Source: a virus (Duplodnaviria; Caudoviricetes). Taken from it: DNA of 64,000 nt. The stretch covers positions 1 to 64,000 of the IMG/VR virus record IMGVR_UViG_3300021411_000005, one strand, 5' to 3'. Within the stretch, counting starts at the first letter, position 1, and each line of letters starts with the position of its first letter. Positions 60,203 through 64,000 of this stretch are shown piece by piece. The notes under the pieces are model-generated. The model worked only from the letters and a program-made list of their open reading frames with translations, was not told the origin of the DNA and made no database searches. The position numbers were made by a program, and so were the translations under genes.

Positions 60203-60520
60203 GTGAGCACTGAATGGACAGACCTGGGGGACGGCCATTTCTACCGCTTCGCCGGATGGTTTCCTGACCGGGACTTGAACCCGCAGTACGACGGCATCCC
60301 CGACGTGGCCAGGTATGCGGCGATGGTCCGGCATCTCACCCCGGCAGGCATACCGTGCATGGGTGGAGTCACCTTTGACAGTGAGACCGCCCGCCGAATC
60401 GAACCGGGGAAGCCGACGTGGACTGTCGAGTCGTGGGAGCCGCTGACTCTGTCTCCGTCACTGCTCTGTAGCTGTGGTGATCACGGATTCATCCGTGACG
60501 GAAGGTGGGTAAAGGCGTGA
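60203..60520 (+). CDS. DUF6527-like protein, lower GC3
   Basis: WTV.SWEPLTLSPSLLCSCGDHGFIRDGRWV. Confidence 0.65.
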   Translation: MSTEWTDLGDGHFYRFAGWFPDRDLNPQYDGIPDVARYAAMVRHLTPAGIPCMGGVTFDSETARRIEPGKPTWTVESWEPLTLSPSLLCSCGDHGFIRDGRWVKA

Positions 60521-61320
60521 CTGCGAACTTCGGGCCCTGCGCCCCCTGGGATCCGATCTGGAACTGTGACGTGTCGGTGAAGTCCCCGACGGCCACCGGC
60601 TACGCTGCGCAGGCCGCCACGGAGATGGTCTGGGCCCTGTCCGGCCGCCGGTTCGGCGCCTGTCCGGTGACGCTCCGGCCGTGCCGGAAATCCTGCTACG
60701 GGGATCCCTGGTGGAGCGCGTACGGCCCGGCCTGGTCCAACGTCTACTCCGGTCCCGGCTACAGCTACGGGACGTCCTGGGGGTTCTGGTTCGACATGGG
60801 CTGCGGGAGCTGCTCCGGCGGCTGCTCCTGCTCCGAAGTGTCGGAGATCGTCCTGCCGACGCCGGTCAATTCGATCGTTTCGGTGAAGATGGACGGTACA
60901 CCGATGGCGACCGGCGCTTATCGGGTGGACAACAACCGGCTGCTGGTGCGCACCGACGGTCAGCGGTGGCCGCGCTGCAACGACCTCTCCAAGAACGACA
61001 GCCAGCCGGGAACCTGGTCCGTCACTGCGCTGTACGGAGAAGACGTCCCGGTGTCCGGGCGGCTGGCCGTCGGAGAGCTGGCCTGCGAGATCCTCAAAGC
61101 CATGGCCGGTGAGGAGTGCATGATCCCGGCCGGTGTCGTCTCCCTGGTCCGCCAGGGGGTCACGATCAATCTGCCGGACCCGGGTGATCTGTGGAAGGGG
61201 GGCAAGACCGGGCTTTACCTGGTGGACGCCTTCACAGCCACGGTCAACCCGGCCGGTCTCAAGCGCCGGTCGCAGGTCTTCAGCGTGGACTACCCGGGGC
61301 CGCGGAGGGCTGGCACATGA
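60517..61320 (+). CDS. head-to-tail adaptor
   Basis: AATEMVWALSGRRFG.C..TLRPC, ELACEI, VRQGVT, TG...VD.F...VNP. Confidence 0.8.
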   Translation: MTANFGPCAPWDPIWNCDVSVKSPTATGYAAQAATEMVWALSGRRFGACPVTLRPCRKSCYGDPWWSAYGPAWSNVYSGPGYSYGTSWGFWFDMGCGSCSGGCSCSEVSEIVLPTPVNSIVSVKMDGTPMATGAYRVDNNRLLVRTDGQRWPRCNDLSKNDSQPGTWSVTALYGEDVPVSGRLAVGELACEILKAMAGEECMIPAGVVSLVRQGVTINLPDPGDLWKGGKTGLYLVDAFTATVNPAGLKRRSQVFSVDYPGPRRAGT

Positions 61321-61817
61321 TGATCACGGGTGACCTGAAGTGGTACGCCGTGGAGAAGATCCTCCTGGACGCGGTCTACAACGGTCTGACCACCAAGCCG
61401 GACCGCTGGGGCATCGTTCCCGGCGCCATCCCCTGGGACGCCTGCGACTGCGGCATGCTGGCAGTCTCCTGGGCCCAGACCTGGCTCAGCGACACTTTCC
61501 CGGATGAGCAGACTGCCGTGGTCGGCAACTGTGACGCGGTCTGGGAAGTGTCGGAGATCGTGATCCAGCTCATCCGGTGCGCGCCGGGTCCGGACAGCCA
61601 GGGCAAGCCGCCGACCTCCAAGGCCCAGGACACCGCGGCCCAGTTGGTGGCGGTGGACGGCAACCAGCTCGAACGCCTGGTCTCCTGGGCCCTGTGCCAG
61701 ATGAAGGAGGACGGCCAGGTCTCGGATGCGATCATGGGGCGGAGAACATCGCAGGGCCCGGAGGGCAACTGCGTAGGGTCGGAACTGCGCGTCTCCGTGG
61801 CGCTCGGAAGGGGCTGA
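61317..61817 (+). CDS. tail completion/terminator-type protein
   Basis: PG.IPWD.CDCGML.V, GPEGNCVG; position after the adaptor. Confidence 0.65.
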   Translation: MMITGDLKWYAVEKILLDAVYNGLTTKPDRWGIVPGAIPWDACDCGMLAVSWAQTWLSDTFPDEQTAVVGNCDAVWEVSEIVIQLIRCAPGPDSQGKPPTSKAQDTAAQLVAVDGNQLERLVSWALCQMKEDGQVSDAIMGRRTSQGPEGNCVGSELRVSVALGRG

Positions 61818-61822
61818 CGGCC

Positions 61823-62194
61823 GTGGCCGAATTCATCACGCTCAACGCCAGCGCTGCCCAGCGGCTGGCTGTGAAGTCCTCCGGACCCCAGGTGGCCAGT
61901 ACGACCCGCGCGGTCGCGCGCTACGCCCGGCTGTACGCCCCGGGCTCGATGAAGAGCCAGATCCGGCCCATCAGCACGGGCGGTCCGTCCCCGATCGGCA
62001 TCGTGATCTGCGACCACCCGGCGTCCGTCTTCGTGCTGCGCGGAACCAAGCCGCACATCATCAAGCCGAAGAAGCCCAAGGGCCGTCTGGTCTTCACCCC
62101 CAGGGGCTCCGGGACCAAGGTCTTCGCCCGGCTGGTGCACCACCCCGGGACCAAGGCGAACAACTTCCTGCTGAAGGCGCTGCGCTCCGTCTGA
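61823..62194 (+). CDS. neck/minor virion protein (HK97 gp10-like position)
   Basis: FVLRGTKPHII.P...L.F...V.HPGTKANNFL..AL. Confidence 0.7.
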   Translation: MAEFITLNASAAQRLAVKSSGPQVASTTRAVARYARLYAPGSMKSQIRPISTGGPSPIGIVICDHPASVFVLRGTKPHIIKPKKPKGRLVFTPRGSGTKVFARLVHHPGTKANNFLLKALRSV

Positions 62195-62231
62195 CCGGCT
62201 CCGGAAAGATCATGGATTTTCCGCCCGTAGT

Positions 62232-62660
62232 GTGATGACCATGAAGGATTTCACGCGGGCCCGGAAGAAGGTCCAGTTCCTGATCGACGCCGACACCTTC
62301 ACTGGTGTGGACGCGCTTCCGGCCGAAGTGATGATGGACTTCACACTCCGGTTCGAGGCCATGGACGAAGAGAGCCCGGCCGACGGCATCAACGCGCTGA
62401 AGGACGTCCTGGACACCGTGCTCCTGGACGACTCCGCAGCGCGCTTCCGGGAGCGCATGGGCAGCAAGACGGATCCGATCGAGCTGCCCCAGGTCAACGA
62501 CGTGGTGATGTGGCTGCTGGAGCAGTACGGGATGCGCCCTACGGAGCAGCCCTCCAACTCTGTGGTTGGGCTGCCATCCCAGGTATCTGGCATGAGCTTG
62601 ACGGGGACTACACCGGCCGTGGAATCGACCTCCTCTCTCTCCCCCTTGACCGGTTCCTGA
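62232..62660 (+). CDS. tail assembly chaperone (G)
   Basis: Upstream of the tape measure; WLLEQYGMRPT followed by a Ser/Thr-rich tail. Confidence 0.8.
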   Translation: MMTMKDFTRARKKVQFLIDADTFTGVDALPAEVMMDFTLRFEAMDEESPADGINALKDVLDTVLLDDSAARFRERMGSKTDPIELPQVNDVVMWLLEQYGMRPTEQPSNSVVGLPSQVSGMSLTGTTPAVESTSSLSPLTGS

Positions 62661-62890
62661 ACGTCGTCTATTACGCCATGCTCCAGCGCCTGGACGCCCC
62701 GGAAGGCAAGGACCCGGAGCAGGCGCGGAGAGAGTTCGACAACAGCCTTGGTGTGTCCGGCTGGAGGACGCCAGGGGCCGGGTCCGAACCGGCCGAAGAG
62801 CGTGAGCCCGGAGCGCCGCTGTGGTGGCAGGGCGAAGAGGAGGCCAGCGCGGCCTTCCTGATGTCGCAGGGGGTAGTCCTGAATGGCTGA
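62510..62890 (+). CDS. tail assembly chaperone T segment (-1 frame, probably reached by frameshift)
   Basis: Overlapping -1 frame GIDLLSLPLDRFLNVVYYAM; ends over the tape measure start. Confidence 0.6.
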   Translation: MAAGAVRDAPYGAALQLCGWAAIPGIWHELDGDYTGRGIDLLSLPLDRFLNVVYYAMLQRLDAPEGKDPEQARREFDNSLGVSGWRTPGAGSEPAEEREPGAPLWWQGEEEASAAFLMSQGVVLNG

Positions 62891-64000
62891 AGAGGTCATT
62901 GGACGCGGACTGATCGAAATCCTTCCCGACTTCCGGAAGTTCGGGAAGGAGCTGGCCGCGTCGATGCGTACCGCGCGGTCCCAGCTCAACGGTTCGGCCG
63001 CCGGACTGCGCGCCAGCGCGGGCACGATCTTCACCTCCATGGCCAAGGTCGGCAAGGGCGTGTCCGTGATCGGCGTCGGCGTGGCCGTCGCGTCGGTCAA
63101 GATGGCCGGTGACTTCCAGGCGGAGACTGCCGTCCTCCAGACCGCGGCCGGGGAGACCGCGGCCAACCTGGGGACGGTCCGCAAGGGGATCATGGACATC
63201 TCCAAGGGCACCGGTACCGGCTTGAAGAACCTCACCGACGGCATGTACACGATCGAGAAGGCCGGGTTCCGGGGAGCCGACGGCCTGAAGGTGCTGAAGG
63301 CCGCAGCCCAGGGCGCGAAGGAAGAGAACGCCGACCTGGCCGACGTGACCAACGCCATGACATCGGTCATGGCCAGCTACCACCTGGGGACCGACAAGTC
63401 CGTCCAGGTGATGAATGCCCTGAAGACGGCCGCGGGTGAAGGCAAGATCACCATGGAGGAGTTCTCCGGTGCGCTGAGCACGGTCCTCCCGATCGCGTCG
63501 GCCAACAAGATCTCCCTGGCCCAGGTCGGCGGCGCCATCGCCACGCTGACCCAGCACGGAACGTCGGCGCGGGAGGCCACCCAGGAGCTGGCAGCCACCA
63601 TCCGCAGCCTGGCCGCTCCGAACAACGTGGCCATCCGGGAGATGGCGCGCTTCGGCATCACCTCCACCGACGTCAGCCAGAACCTGGGGAAGAACGGGCT
63701 CACCGGCACGATCGACATTCTGACCAAGGCCATCACGGCCAAGATGGGCCCCAGCGGGAAGATTCTCCTGTCCGCCTTTGAGGGGACGAAAGAGTCGGCA
63801 AAAGACGCTCAGATCGAGCTGAAGACGATGCCGAAGAGCCTTCAGGACGTCGCCAAGTCCTATCTGGCAGGGAAGATCTCCCTGGAGGACTGGAACCAGA
63901 ACATGAAGTCCACTCCGGTGAACCAGCAGCCGATGCTCCGGAACTTCAAAACCCTGGTGGACCGCAGTCACGGATTCTCCCGTGAACTGAAGGCGGGCGG
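62883..64000 (+). CDS. tape measure protein (5' part; runs off the window)
   Basis: MAEEVIGRGLIEILPDFRKF..., TP901-type core (AGDFQAETAVL...GMYTIEKAG...VLKAAAQGAK). Confidence 0.9.
   Translation, partial: MAEEVIGRGLIEILPDFRKFGKELAASMRTARSQLNGSAAGLRASAGTIFTSMAKVGKGVSVIGVGVAVASVKMAGDFQAETAVLQTAAGETAANLGTVRKGIMDISKGTGTGLKNLTDGMYTIEKAGFRGADGLKVLKAAAQGAKEENADLADVTNAMTSVMASYHLGTDKSVQVMNALKTAAGEGKITMEEFSGALSTVLPIASANKISLAQVGGAIATLTQHGTSAREATQELAATIRSLAAPNNVAIREMARFGITSTDVSQNLGKNGLTGTIDILTKAITAKMGPSGKILLSAFEGTKESAKDAQIELKTMPKSLQDVAKSYLAGKISLEDWNQNMKSTPVNQQPMLRNFKTLVDRSHGFSRELKAG

Overview
A high-GC window from a Streptomyces-type siphovirus, most likely a temperate plasmid-phage. No integrase, ParAB, CRISPR array or clear endolysin was seen in the window. 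Bases 1-31.4 kb are a mostly leftward early/middle arm. It holds three tRNAs, a TerD-like protein, a WYL protein, a probable ~410-nt structured ncRNA with its own promoter, a Streptomyces TraB/Spd-type conjugation module, a glycosyltransferase/methyltransferase/epimerase cluster, and RuvC, SSB, exonuclease and SF2 helicase genes. A divergent promoter at ~31.5 kb starts the rightward arm. That arm carries a single 1401-aa primase-helicase-PolA polyprotein with a candidate origin in its linker, and a C5 DNA methyltransferase whose 5' end is out of frame behind a (GA)9G tract. It continues with a secreted Rpf-LysM protein, a papain-like protease, dTDP-glucose 4,6-dehydratase, terminase, holin, portal, a 2H-phosphoesterase/MuF/protease fusion, capsid, tail genes and the start of the tape measure. 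All product calls come from motifs read by eye; no database search was run. The strongest leads are the ncRNA with its duplicated, covarying module, the possibly phase-variable methyltransferase, the sugar-building pathway, the all-in-one replicase and the phage-borne conjugation module.
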